A stretch of DNA of 64,000 bases from Acidimicrobiales bacterium (GTDB taxonomy: Bacteria > Actinomycetota > Acidimicrobiia > Acidimicrobiales > Aldehydirespiratoraceae): contig OZ244029.1 of the NCBI GenBank assembly GCA_965214945.1, forward strand, positions 805,217 to 869,216, given 5' to 3'. Positions 39,667 to 49,037 of the stretch are shown here, piece after piece (the first letter of the stretch is position 1; every line of letters begins with the position of its first letter). The position numbers and the translations under genes are program-made. The notes under the pieces were generated by a model. That model did no database searches. It was not told the DNA's origin and worked only from the letters and a program-made list of their open reading frames with translations.

Positions 39667-40791
39667 GTGCCATCGATCACTTCTATCGAAGCCATCCCGG
39701 TCGCCTACCCCGAACCGAACGACGATTACGCCACCCGTCACCTGTGCCTTGTCCGCCTCCGTGACGACCAGGGCCACGAGGGCTGGGGCGAGGCGGTCAC
39801 CATGTGGCCAGAGGCCAGCGCTGCTGTCGCGCTGCTAATAGATGCCCTGGCGCCAATCGTGATCAACAGCGACGCCGAGGACAACCAGGCCATGTGGGAG
39901 CGCCTCATCGATCACACCTGGTGGTACGGCCGCGGCGGCCTGGCGAGCATGGCCGTGGCCGCAATCGACATCGCAGCGTGGGACCTCCGAGGCCAAGTGG
40001 AAGGCAAGCCGCTCGTCGACTTGCTCGGAGGCACACACCACGACAGCCTCCCTGTGATCGCTAGCGGCCATGCCACCATGGAATCGATGGACGAACTGGT
40101 CCATGCCGTGGCCGGCTGGGTCGGGGATCTCAGCGGAGTCAAGGTCGGTTTCGGCAAACGAGGCAAAGCCCGCCTCGGATACGAACACGACCGAGACGTT
40201 GCGTTCGTTCAGGGACTGCGTCGCGCCCTCGGCTCTGACAAGCTCATCATGATCGACATAGGCCACGCCGTCAGCTGGGACGTAGGCACTGCTATCCGGC
40301 GCGCTCAGGCCTTCGACGACTACGACATCGCTTGGCTCGAAGAGCCGCTGGGGTGGCACGATCCAGAGGGATATAAGTCTCTGCGCAGCCGAACCCGAGC
40401 GCGGATCGCCTACGGCGAGCGCGAGTGGACCCACGAAGGCGTCGAGCGGATCCTTCAGACCGGGACCGTCGATGTCGTTGGGCTTGACCCGGGCCGAGCA
40501 GAAGGCATCACCGGGTTCGTTCGCTCCGGACAGCTAGTCCTCGACCACGGGTGCATCCTGAACGCTCACGCATGGTCATCGGCGATCGTCACCGCCGCCA
40601 GTCTCGCCGCCAGCCTTTGCAGTCCCGCTACTTGGGTATTCGAGATGAAGCCACTCGAGAACCCGATGCAGCATCAACTGGTCAGTGAGCCCATTGCCGT
40701 CGCCAACGGCCACATCAAAGCGCTCGACGCGCCGGGACTCGGTATCACCGTGGATCCCGATGTAGTCGAACGCTTCCGCTTCGATACCTAG
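39667..40791 (+). CDS. mandelate racemase/muconate lactonizing enzyme family protein 2
   Basis: GWGE, AIDIAAWDLRG, KVGFG, MIDIG, WLEEP, YGE, HAW. Confidence 0.9.
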   Translation: MPSITSIEAIPVAYPEPNDDYATRHLCLVRLRDDQGHEGWGEAVTMWPEASAAVALLIDALAPIVINSDAEDNQAMWERLIDHTWWYGRGGLASMAVAAIDIAAWDLRGQVEGKPLVDLLGGTHHDSLPVIASGHATMESMDELVHAVAGWVGDLSGVKVGFGKRGKARLGYEHDRDVAFVQGLRRALGSDKLIMIDIGHAVSWDVGTAIRRAQAFDDYDIAWLEEPLGWHDPEGYKSLRSRTRARIAYGEREWTHEGVERILQTGTVDVVGLDPGRAEGITGFVRSGQLVLDHGCILNAHAWSSAIVTAASLAASLCSPATWVFEMKPLENPMQHQLVSEPIAVANGHIKALDAPGLGITVDPDVVERFRFDT

Positions 40792-40836
40792 TGACCCGTA
40801 TCGGCTGGTTCTCGTATCGGCTGGTCGAAGCCGTCC

Positions 40837-41000
40837 TATAGCCGGCAGCACTTCCCTGCGCCGGTAGGACTTCCCTTCGGTAGTGCTTGCCTATCTGCCG
40901 GTAGTGGTAGTACTTGCCTACAGCCGGTAGGACTTCCCTTCGGTAGTGCTTGCCTATCTGCCGGTAGTGGTAGTACTTGCCTACAGCCGGTAGTACTTCC
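40837..41000. repeat. 63-bp tandem repeat (two copies plus partial) built from echoes of the amidohydrolase 3' end
   Basis: unit gccggtaggacttcccttcggtagtgcttgcctatctgccggtagtggtagtacttgcctaca at 40860 and 40923, partial at 40986; further echo ctatagccggcagcacttcc at 40837. Confidence 0.9.
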
Positions 41001-41853
41001 TGGCATTGCCGCTGAACAGCGCTGTCCGCTCGGCTTCGGAGAAGTCGCTCAGAAGCTCATGGTAGGCGTCGACAACATCGGTGTAGCTGGAGAACAGCCG
41101 GTCGATGGGCCAGTTGGTGGCCATCATGCACCGGTCCACGCCGAATGCGTCGATGCTCTCGAGGACCCAGGGGCGAAGGGAGTCGACCGTCCAGCGCTGG
41201 TCGCGCATCCCGAGGCCCGACACCTTGCAGACTGCGTTGTCCGCGCCGGCCAGGGTCCGCATTCCCTCCTTCCAGTTCGCGAAATACTCGTCATCGCGCT
41301 CTTGGGGGAAGCCCGCATGACCCAAGATCAGCACCACGTTGGGGTATTTCTCCGCGAGGTCACGGGCCTTGCCCATGTTCTCCCAGTAGCAGTCGAGATC
41401 GTATGAGAGGCCGAACTTCTCGAGCAGTCCGTAGCCACGATGGAAAGCCGGGTCGACGAGGTAGTCGCCTTCACCGAAGTCACGGATGCCGCGGATCTGC
41501 CCGTAGGCAGCGTGACGTTCGAGCGTTGCCTCGACGTCCGGTGCCTGCATCCGCGCATCGCCAACGATCGCCAGCGGAAGAACACCGCGATCGTGTTGAG
41601 CCTGGATCCACTTCGTTTCCTCGACCGGATCGTCGCTGCCGATCGCAGCCTGGACGTGAACCGCCGCAGCCACGTCGCAGAACCTGCTCTCTGCGGCGAA
41701 GTCATCGACGATGTATCGGCGCGACTTGATGGCCTCGATGTTGCCGATAAGCGGGTGGTCGAGGCCTGGCTCAAGCCACGACCATGTCAACGTCGGATGA
41801 TCGAAATCGAAGAAATGCACGTGAGCGTCGATGAATTCAATGCGCTCAGCCAT
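40981..41853 (-). CDS. amidohydrolase family sugar lactonase (L-fuconolactonase/COG3618-like)
   Basis: IDAHVHFFD, AVHVQA, RGIR, LGHAGFP, CKVSG, FGVDRCMMATNWP, LFSGNARKYY. Confidence 0.88.
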   Translation of the reverse strand: MAERIEFIDAHVHFFDFDHPTLTWSWLEPGLDHPLIGNIEAIKSRRYIVDDFAAESRFCDVAAAVHVQAAIGSDDPVEETKWIQAQHDRGVLPLAIVGDARMQAPDVEATLERHAAYGQIRGIRDFGEGDYLVDPAFHRGYGLLEKFGLSYDLDCYWENMGKARDLAEKYPNVVLILGHAGFPQERDDEYFANWKEGMRTLAGADNAVCKVSGLGMRDQRWTVDSLRPWVLESIDAFGVDRCMMATNWPIDRLFSSYTDVVDAYHELLSDFSEAERTALFSGNARKYYRL

Positions 41854-41891
41854 AGCCCGTCCCTTTGCTTCCAGCTTCTGTTTCCAACCTC

Positions 41892-41919
41892 CAGGAATCG
41901 TTCCTGGAATCCTTTCCAA
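41892..41919. promoter_or_regulatory. tandem LacI-type operator site 4
   Basis: caggaatcgttcctggaatcctttccaa upstream of lactonase ATG. Confidence 0.6.
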
Positions 41920-41986
41920 TATATCAAAGCGGGTCACTGGATAGCAAGGTGGGTCGCTGGTGACAAAGGCGACCGCAATTCGGCGG

Positions 41987-43021
41987 TTACGGATCCTCGG
42001 TCAGAAGCACGCTGCGGAGCACTCTGCTGTGACGCAAGTCGTCGAGGGCCTGTTCGGCTTCCTCCAACGGCCGCTGTGAATCGATCAGGTGGTCGGTGCG
42101 AACTGCACCCGCAATGTAGAGATCTACCACCGCCGAGATTTCCGCGGGAGTGAAGCCACGCGAACCCATCAGCGAAAGTTCCCGCCAGATGAGGTCCGTG
42201 GCACGAACCGGGAAGCTGTCGAGCGCGGCCCCCACGAAAACGACCCGTCCGCCGGGACGCGCCATTGCCACCGCCAGCCGGTCCTGAGCCGCTGAGCCCA
42301 CGCACTGCAGCACAACGTCGGGGCCGTCACCGGTGATCTGAGCGACCTTCGCGGCGACATCGCCTTCGGCACGAACGACAGCGGACGCCCCCAGATCTTC
42401 GGCAAGTTCGAGCTTGGCATCAGACCGGCTGATCGCAACGACATCTGCTCCCATGTAGGCCCCGAGCTGAACTGCATTCGAGCCCACACCGCCGACCCCG
42501 ATCACGACGAGTTGCTCCCCCGCTTGGAGGCCAGCTATAGCGGTGAGCGCGTGATAGGGCGTGGCAACGGCATCGGTGAGCACAGCAAGGCTCGCAGGAT
42601 CGATCGGCGACGAGGGTTGAATCAGAGTGTCAGCGGGGCGAATGATGTAGTCGGCGAAAGCCCCGTCGCAATCGACTCCCATGCGACGAACTGACGGCCC
42701 CAGGTTCGGTCGGCCCGAACACACATACGCTGAGTCAGGATCGTTCTCGATGTAATAGAGCGCGACTTGGTCGCCGACCGAGAACTCTTCAACTCCGGGA
42801 CCCACTTGTTCCACACGACCGGACGCCTCATGACCCGGAACAACAGGGAACTTGTCGTCACCGAAGCCGCCTTCGATGAGAAACAGGTCTGATCCGCATA
42901 CTCCGCAGGCCTCGACCCGCACGAGCGCCTGGCCCTCGCTCGGTGAGCCCCACTCTCGATGCTCGAAATGAAGCGGTGCTCCCACGGATCGGGCGGTGAG
43001 CACCCGGCCTGTCCGCTCCAT
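41987..43021 (-). CDS. Zn-dependent medium-chain alcohol dehydrogenase
   Basis: ACGVCGSD, PGHEASG, GVGGVG; structural-Zn Cys cluster largely absent. Confidence 0.9.
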   Translation of the reverse strand: MERTGRVLTARSVGAPLHFEHREWGSPSEGQALVRVEACGVCGSDLFLIEGGFGDDKFPVVPGHEASGRVEQVGPGVEEFSVGDQVALYYIENDPDSAYVCSGRPNLGPSVRRMGVDCDGAFADYIIRPADTLIQPSSPIDPASLAVLTDAVATPYHALTAIAGLQAGEQLVVIGVGGVGSNAVQLGAYMGADVVAISRSDAKLELAEDLGASAVVRAEGDVAAKVAQITGDGPDVVLQCVGSAAQDRLAVAMARPGGRVVFVGAALDSFPVRATDLIWRELSLMGSRGFTPAEISAVVDLYIAGAVRTDHLIDSQRPLEEAEQALDDLRHSRVLRSVLLTEDP

Positions 43022-43728
43022 CAGTCGATAAGGAAGCCACCGTTGATGTCGGTGACCTCCCCCGTGATGAAGCCGGCGTGTTCGGACGCGAGGAACGCCA
43101 CAAGATAGGCCACTTCCTCGGGCCGTCCCAGGCGTCCCACTGGCACTCTCGAGGCCATGTCGCGTATTCCTGCGATCATGTCGGTGTCGATCAACGTCGG
43201 GGCGAGCGCGTTGGCGGTGATTCCATACGGCGCGTACTGCGAAGCGATCGCCTTCATCAAAGCCATTACGCCAGCCTTGGATGCGCCGTACGCAGCCGCG
43301 TTATTGGCTCCGCCGGTCTTGCCCGCGGATGAGCCCAAAGCGACGATCCGGCCATAGCCGCCTTGACGCATCCGAGGCAGCGCTCGTCGTGCACACAGGA
43401 AAGCGCCGGTCAGATTGACGGCGATCGAGTCCGACCAGGAGTCCAGTGTCGTCTCTTCGAAGGGCTCGATCCGGAAGATGCCGGCGTTGAGGATGAGCAC
43501 CTCCACCGGCCCGAGGCGCTCCTCGACAATGCCGAACGCATTCTCAACGCTCGACTCGCTCGTCACGTCCATCTCGACCCCCACGATGCCCGGATGGTCC
43601 GGAGCGTCGAGGTCTCCTGCTGCGACGGCCGCTCCCAGCGATGCCAGTCGACGTGCAATCGCCGCGCCGATCCCCCTGCCTGCGCCAGTCACTAGGGCAA
43701 CGCGTCCTTCGAAGCCGTCGAGTTGCAC
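43021..43728 (-). CDS. short-chain dehydrogenase/reductase (SDR)
   Basis: TGAGRGIG, LNAG, YGASKAG, ITGE. Confidence 0.92.
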   Translation of the reverse strand: MQLDGFEGRVALVTGAGRGIGAAIARRLASLGAAVAAGDLDAPDHPGIVGVEMDVTSESSVENAFGIVEERLGPVEVLILNAGIFRIEPFEETTLDSWSDSIAVNLTGAFLCARRALPRMRQGGYGRIVALGSSAGKTGGANNAAAYGASKAGVMALMKAIASQYAPYGITANALAPTLIDTDMIAGIRDMASRVPVGRLGRPEEVAYLVAFLASEHAGFITGEVTDINGGFLID

Positions 43729-43762
43729 GATCAGTCTCCAGTCCTCCGGTTTCACGGCCATT

Positions 43763-43790
43763 CTAGAATCGTTACCGGAAACGTTTCTAG
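43763..43790. promoter_or_regulatory. tandem LacI-type operator site 5 between divergent SDR genes
   Basis: ctagaatcgttaccggaaacgtttctag; contains a TAGAAT -10-like box. Confidence 0.8.
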
Positions 43791-43822
43791 TACTGTGGCC
43801 AGAAGCAGAGGAGGGGCCGGCC

Positions 43823-44593
43823 ATGTGGGACCCGAGCGCAGGAGTCCGAGAACATGCCGTCGTGGTCACCGGTGCCGCTGGCGGAATCGGTCGGAGCGTG
43901 GCCGAGGCCTTCGCAGTCGCCGGAGCGCATGTGGTCGCCGTCGATATCGCCGCAGAGGGACTGGCCGAGACGGTGGCCGGCCTCGAAGGCGGTGCCGCAC
44001 GTCATCAACTCGTTGCCTTCGATCTGCGCGATTGGCATGACCACGACTCGTTGTTCGCTGCGGCGCAGGAACGGTTCGGTCGTTTCGATCACTTAGTCCA
44101 TGTCGCGGCGGTGCTCGTGCGCCGCTCTGAAGTGGATGACGTCACCGAGGACGACTGGGACTTTCAGTCTGATGTGAATCTCAAGGCGACGTTCTTCCTC
44201 ATGCGCTCCGCAGCCCGATCGCTTCGGCGAACTGGAAGGGGAGGCTCGATAACCGCTTTCACCTCCCAGGGGTGGGCGACTGGCGGTTTCGGCGGCTCGG
44301 TCGCTTACTGCGCCACCAAGGGCGGAGTGGTGTCGATGGCGCGCGGGCTTGCCCGCACCTACGCTCCCGACGGTATTCGCGTCAACACGATCGCGCCGGG
44401 CGCTGTCAACACCGCCATGATGACCGACGGCATGAGTGCCGACGCGATCGAAGCGTTCGTCGGCCAGATCCCAATGGGCAGAATGGGCCGGACCGAGGAA
44501 CTCGCTGCGCCCGCCGTGTTCCTAGCGTCGGACCACGCGAGCTACATCACCGGTGCCACCTTGAATGTGAGCGGCGGGTTCCTGATGTACTGA
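43823..44593 (+). CDS. short-chain dehydrogenase/reductase (SDR)
   Basis: TGAAGGIG, YCATKGG, RVNTIAPG, ASYITG; GAGGAGG RBS. Confidence 0.92.
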   Translation: MWDPSAGVREHAVVVTGAAGGIGRSVAEAFAVAGAHVVAVDIAAEGLAETVAGLEGGAARHQLVAFDLRDWHDHDSLFAAAQERFGRFDHLVHVAAVLVRRSEVDDVTEDDWDFQSDVNLKATFFLMRSAARSLRRTGRGGSITAFTSQGWATGGFGGSVAYCATKGGVVSMARGLARTYAPDGIRVNTIAPGAVNTAMMTDGMSADAIEAFVGQIPMGRMGRTEELAAPAVFLASDHASYITGATLNVSGGFLMY

Positions 44594-44668
44594 GCGGCTG
44601 CTGTCTGCCACTGCCCTCAGGCATGTACGACCTCGCTGCCCTCAGACACTTACGCTCACTTACGCCCC

Positions 44669-46087
44669 TCAGACATGGACGACCTCGACACCAAGGTGGC
44701 GACCGAGGCTCTCCAACGCCCGGCTGATGTCACCCGCGGCCAGTACACCGTGATGATTGGCGCCCGCGAGACACCAGCTGCGCCAGGCGTCTCCTGCGTT
44801 CGCCCCTGCGAACGCGAAGCCGGCGTTGGTGGTGCCGGTCGAGGCAAACGCCGCGTCGGTGAACACACCGTGGGCGACAATGAACCGATGGCCGGGTTCA
44901 ACGTCGAGCTGGGCGAAGCCAACCAGGGTGGCCGGTCCGGCCGGCACGTTCAGACGCGTACACAGTGAGCGCGGAGGACCCGGATACCACGGGTTCGGCG
45001 CTAAGACCGGTACCTGTTCGGGGCCCGCTAAGCCAAGGTCGGTTTCGCCGGTATTCGCCACCACAAAGACACCGCTGTCGGAGTCGAATGCCTGCAGCTC
45101 GTGGTAGAGCGCCGGTACTCCCAAAGCCTTGACGGCCAACATGGCCACCGCGGTCACGACATCGCCTGCGCACGTCCAGGGGATTCCGGCAGTGGTCGAG
45201 CAACCGAGCGCATAGCAGGGCGCGATTGCGATGTCGGGCCCGAGCCGGATCTCGGGTACGTGGCAGTTGAACGCGCCGGCGTCGAGGTCGTAATCGCGAA
45301 CTAGCTGCTTGAGTGCGAGTTTGCAGCGCACTGCAAGCTCGAGTTCGTTCGTCGTGACACTGTCGTCGACAGCGTGCGAGTTCGGCAAGGCGTTCAGTGC
45401 CTTGCGGAGTTCTTCGTCATGGATCTGTTGGACCGCTTGCCGGTACGCCGCCGGCTCGACCGAGACGACTGTGGTGCCGATGGCCTCGCTCAGGCGTTCG
45501 GCATCCAGGTCGACGCAGACGTACCCATCAATGGGTTTGCCGACCCGAGCGAGTCGAGCCCGCTGCATCGCCGCTGCGCTCGCTGCGGCACGAATCGCGC
45601 CCTCGAGCACATCGTTGAGGTCGGCGTCATCTAGCGAGGATGAGATCAGGTCGAATGGGCGACCGGTTCGAACCAAGACACTAGTGAGCATCGGGACACC
45701 GACCGTGGCTCCATGAGCAGTGACATGCGAGTGGTCAAAGTCCTCGCCGAGGTCGCCGAGGCCACGCTGTGAACGAAGCGCCCATACAACGACAGGCCTA
45801 GCTCCGATCTCCTCAAGTAGGTCCACGGTAACTGCCGGGGGAGTGGCCATCGACTGCGCGATGACAACCACATCGATGTCAGAGGCCTCGAACGTTTTGA
45901 GCACGCCAGCCGCGCGGTGCGCATCCAGAAGCTCGGCCAAGACGACCTCGCCGTGGGGGCGGAGGGCGTCTGCTGCTCGGTCCAGGAGCTGATACCGAGA
46001 CGCTTCGAGATCGAACGGGGTAGATGCGGCCCAGAAGTCCCAGTATGGGTGGACGACCGCCAGACGCGGAGCTGCCCTATTCACCAA
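44669..46087 (-). CDS. L-fucose/L-arabinose isomerase superfamily protein
   Basis: LVRDYDLDAGAFNCH, PCYAL, CAGDVVTAVAM, GPATL, GANHH. Confidence 0.7.
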   Translation of the reverse strand: MVNRAAPRLAVVHPYWDFWAASTPFDLEASRYQLLDRAADALRPHGEVVLAELLDAHRAAGVLKTFEASDIDVVVIAQSMATPPAVTVDLLEEIGARPVVVWALRSQRGLGDLGEDFDHSHVTAHGATVGVPMLTSVLVRTGRPFDLISSSLDDADLNDVLEGAIRAAASAAAMQRARLARVGKPIDGYVCVDLDAERLSEAIGTTVVSVEPAAYRQAVQQIHDEELRKALNALPNSHAVDDSVTTNELELAVRCKLALKQLVRDYDLDAGAFNCHVPEIRLGPDIAIAPCYALGCSTTAGIPWTCAGDVVTAVAMLAVKALGVPALYHELQAFDSDSGVFVVANTGETDLGLAGPEQVPVLAPNPWYPGPPRSLCTRLNVPAGPATLVGFAQLDVEPGHRFIVAHGVFTDAAFASTGTTNAGFAFAGANAGDAWRSWCLAGANHHGVLAAGDISRALESLGRHLGVEVVHV

Positions 46088-46121
46088 GTCGTTGCTTCAC
46101 CACGTTGCTACGTCGGATGGG

Positions 46122-47222
46122 CTACTTGTCGTGGCTGTCATTCATCATCGCGATGCGCTCGCGTCGACCCGATGACCCAAGTGGGGCTGTTTCTGGAGGC
46201 TTAACCGCACCGACTCGGCGGTACGCCTCCTCAGGAATGTCGCGGACATTCTTGTAGACCGTCCAGCTGCAACGACTCTCGGTCGTCAGGGGTGCCTTGG
46301 GAGGGTCGGTGACGCGCACCGGATAGCCGAAGGCGGCGATTGGAAGGGTCTCGTGCAGCATGCAGCAGTGGGCACAGTATGCGCAGATGCCTGTTTCGTT
46401 CCAGGTGAAGTCGTGCGCTTCGCTGAGCTCAGCCCACTTGAACGGCGAACTGCGAAGTGGCGGTAGGCCGTCTCGCTCTTCTCCTGCCATGGTTCGGCCC
46501 CCGGAGCCGCATGGCGCGAAGCTGATGGTGACCTTCTGATCGTCCTCGTGGAAGTCGATGGTTCCATCGCGGTCGGTGCCACTGAGATGGCCGTGGTGGC
46601 CTTCGAAACCCAGATAGACCAACAGCCAGCTGGCAGTTGCCCAGTCGATCTTTGAGACATCGAATCGCTGGTAGCGCTTGGCGAACCAGTCGCCGATCAC
46701 CCAGCCCTCATACATCTCGCGCAGCGCCAACTCTCCGTGGCGGCGGATCACCAGGTCGAACAGTCCCGAGAGCTGGTCCACCTCACAATCGTGAAGATCT
46801 CGCCAGGTTTCCTGCGCACGGGCCAGTGCGCTGTGCCTCGCCGAGCGCTCCAGTCGACCGTCCTTGGCTTCCTTGAGGCAGCTGAGGATTGTCGCCCAGA
46901 CTGCCTCGCGCCTGGCACGCGCAGACTCGTGGTAGGTGCCGAGTTTGTGGCGGATGTCGTCGTGAGCCCGATCCAGATCGGGCACCGACATTCCCTTGTC
47001 GATGAGGTATCGGCGGGTATCACCGAACCACTGGTTGTAGATGTCGTAGACGACGAGCATCTCCTGTTCGAAGAAGTCCACGAGCGCCGCTGTGGTCGCC
47101 TCGTCGCTTTCGTCTAGTGCACGCGCAATCAATAGTGGCGTGCCCTTGGCGAGGTCGCCCCACCCACCGGCACGGATCAAGCGGCCCAGATTCTCATTGT
47201 GAGCCAGAGGGGCATTCGACAT
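46122..47222 (-). CDS. conserved hypothetical Cys/His-motif protein
   Basis: LHD, GHHGH, APCGSGGR, CAYCAHC, terminal CSWTVYK; co-oriented between rhaM and isomerase. Confidence 0.7.
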   Translation of the reverse strand: MSNAPLAHNENLGRLIRAGGWGDLAKGTPLLIARALDESDEATTAALVDFFEQEMLVVYDIYNQWFGDTRRYLIDKGMSVPDLDRAHDDIRHKLGTYHESARARREAVWATILSCLKEAKDGRLERSARHSALARAQETWRDLHDCEVDQLSGLFDLVIRRHGELALREMYEGWVIGDWFAKRYQRFDVSKIDWATASWLLVYLGFEGHHGHLSGTDRDGTIDFHEDDQKVTISFAPCGSGGRTMAGEERDGLPPLRSSPFKWAELSEAHDFTWNETGICAYCAHCCMLHETLPIAAFGYPVRVTDPPKAPLTTESRCSWTVYKNVRDIPEEAYRRVGAVKPPETAPLGSSGRRERIAMMNDSHDK

Positions 47223-47266
47223 GGTTTCAGTCCGTGTGCTCCTGCTTCAGTCCGGGCACCGCTGCA

Positions 47267-47581
47267 TCAGTCCATGTGCCACTGCAGCGGAAGCAGGAAC
47301 GGGAAATTGGTCTGCGGATCGGCCTCGATCTTCATGATTGGGCCCATGTACTCGCCCCACCGCGCGTTGGCGTCGCTGGCACCCAGGTGGTCGATCGCCG
47401 CCTGGAGGTCGTCTGTCTCGAAGTAGCCGAACAGTGTGAGGCCATGGCGGAAGATGCTGTAGTTGCGCAAGCCTGCCGCAGAAATGTCCTCCGCAAGCTC
47501 GGGCCAGATCTCGTCGTGGCGGCGCTTGTACTCCTCTTCATATCCGGGGCGCACTTCCAGCACCCATGCATAGTGTCCCAC
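47267..47581 (-). CDS. rhaM: L-rhamnose mutarotase family
   Basis: EEYKRRHDEIWPEL, GLRNYSIF, LFGYFE, RWGEYM. Confidence 0.9.
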   Translation of the reverse strand: MGHYAWVLEVRPGYEEEYKRRHDEIWPELAEDISAAGLRNYSIFRHGLTLFGYFETDDLQAAIDHLGASDANARWGEYMGPIMKIEADPQTNFPFLLPLQWHMD

Positions 47582-47612
47582 ACTGCCTCCTTCTTGGTCG
47601 GTCGCAGATGTC

Positions 47613-47640
47613 CCAGATTCGTTCCCGGTGACGATTCCAG
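47613..47640. promoter_or_regulatory. tandem LacI-type operator site 6
   Basis: ccagattcgttcccggtgacgattccag upstream of rhaM. Confidence 0.65.
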
Positions 47641-47716
47641 ACGATAGTTCAGCCTGGTCGCTGCGTCAATGAGACTCCCTGAAAGCCTTCACACGCTGCG
47701 TCTTCGCTGCTCGCGC

Positions 47717-47767
47717 TTGACAACCGATCCACGAAGCTACTAGGATCGTTGCCGGAAACGATTCCAG
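47717..47767 (+). promoter_or_regulatory. sigma70-type promoter with operator site 7 over the -10 box
   Basis: TTGACA 47717-22, 18-nt spacer, TAGGAT 47741-46; operator ctaggatcgttgccggaaacgattccag 47740-47767. Confidence 0.75.
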
Positions 47768-47790
47768 GAGGACCAGTTCCAGGAGGACCA

Positions 47791-48855
47791 GTGCCGAAAC
47801 CGAGGTTGGGTGTCATAGGTGCGGGCTCGTGGGCGGTGGCGTCGCACCTTCCGAACTTTGCTCAACGAAGAGACGAGATCGACTTTGTGGGTGTCGCCCG
47901 CAAGGGTCCTGAGCTGCTCAAGCGCATCAAGGACGACTTCGGCTTCGCCGTCGCCAGCGAAGACTACCGTGATGTGATCGACGCCGGAGTCGATCTCGTC
48001 TTGGTGTCCAGCCCGTCAGGGCTGCACTACGAACACGCCAAGGCCGCGCTCGAAGCGGGCGCGCACGTGTTGGTCGAGAAGCCTGTCGCAATCGATCCAG
48101 CGCATGCGTGGGAACTCGTTGAGCTTGCTCGATCGAACGAGAGGCGCCTGCTTACGGCCTTCGGCTGGAACTACAAGCCGATGGTCATTCGAGCCAAGGA
48201 ACTCATGGACACAACGGGCATCGGGGAGGTCGAGCAGATCATGATCCACATGGCCTCGGTCACGCGGGAACTCTTGTCCAACACCGGCGCCTACCCTGAC
48301 GCCGACCCCGCCACCGTCCCCGAGAGCGCCACGTGGACGGATCCCGCCATGTCAGGGGGTGGATACGGCCAGGCTCAACTGTCGCACGCGCTCGGGCTGG
48401 GCCTATGGCTCACCGGCCTGCGTGCCAGCGAAGTGTTCGCGTTCATGAGCGCGCCGCTCAACGCGCCAGTTGAGCTTCACGACGCGATCTCGATGCGATT
48501 CGACAACGGCGCCATCGGGACGATGGCGGGAGGCTCGTGCCACATCGGCTCCGGCGACAACAAGCATCAACTCGAAGTCCGCGCAATCGGCTCGGAGGGC
48601 CAAATCCACGTGGACGTCGAACGCGAGATCGTATGGCTGTACCGACCGGACGGAACCGATCTGCGCCTTGACCTCGAACCCAACGCCGGCCTCTACGACT
48701 GTGATGGCCCTGCACACACGCTCGTCGACCTTGCCCTTGGCAGGGATGTTGAGATCCATTCTCCTGGAGAACTTGGTGCCCGAACTGTCGAGACCCTCGA
48801 TGCCGCCTACCGCAGCGCTGCTAGCGGCACCATCGCCACAGTTGACAAGCACTGA
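47791..48855 (+). CDS. Gfo/Idh/MocA-family oxidoreductase
   Basis: RLGVIGAG, HYEHAKAALEAGAHVLVEKP, SGGG; AGGAGG RBS before GTG. Confidence 0.92.
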   Translation: MPKPRLGVIGAGSWAVASHLPNFAQRRDEIDFVGVARKGPELLKRIKDDFGFAVASEDYRDVIDAGVDLVLVSSPSGLHYEHAKAALEAGAHVLVEKPVAIDPAHAWELVELARSNERRLLTAFGWNYKPMVIRAKELMDTTGIGEVEQIMIHMASVTRELLSNTGAYPDADPATVPESATWTDPAMSGGGYGQAQLSHALGLGLWLTGLRASEVFAFMSAPLNAPVELHDAISMRFDNGAIGTMAGGSCHIGSGDNKHQLEVRAIGSEGQIHVDVEREIVWLYRPDGTDLRLDLEPNAGLYDCDGPAHTLVDLALGRDVEIHSPGELGARTVETLDAAYRSAASGTIATVDKH

Positions 48856-49037
48856 CAAGCACTAGAGAGTTTCACACGACTCGGGAGGCAACCCACAGCG
48901 ATGTCGCTGTAGCGCTACCGAGCGATCCAGCCTGAGGCAGAGGGCGTCAAAACTGAACTCGGCGGTGGAATTACGCCTTTGTTCGGAGGTAGCTCTATGG
49001 GCAGCGCAAAGTCGAAGTCATTCCCCTCGAAGCGGTC

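Noticed and set aside
40860-41000. CRISPR array
   Set aside because: Exact tandem units without unique spacers, derived from the gene end; no cas genes
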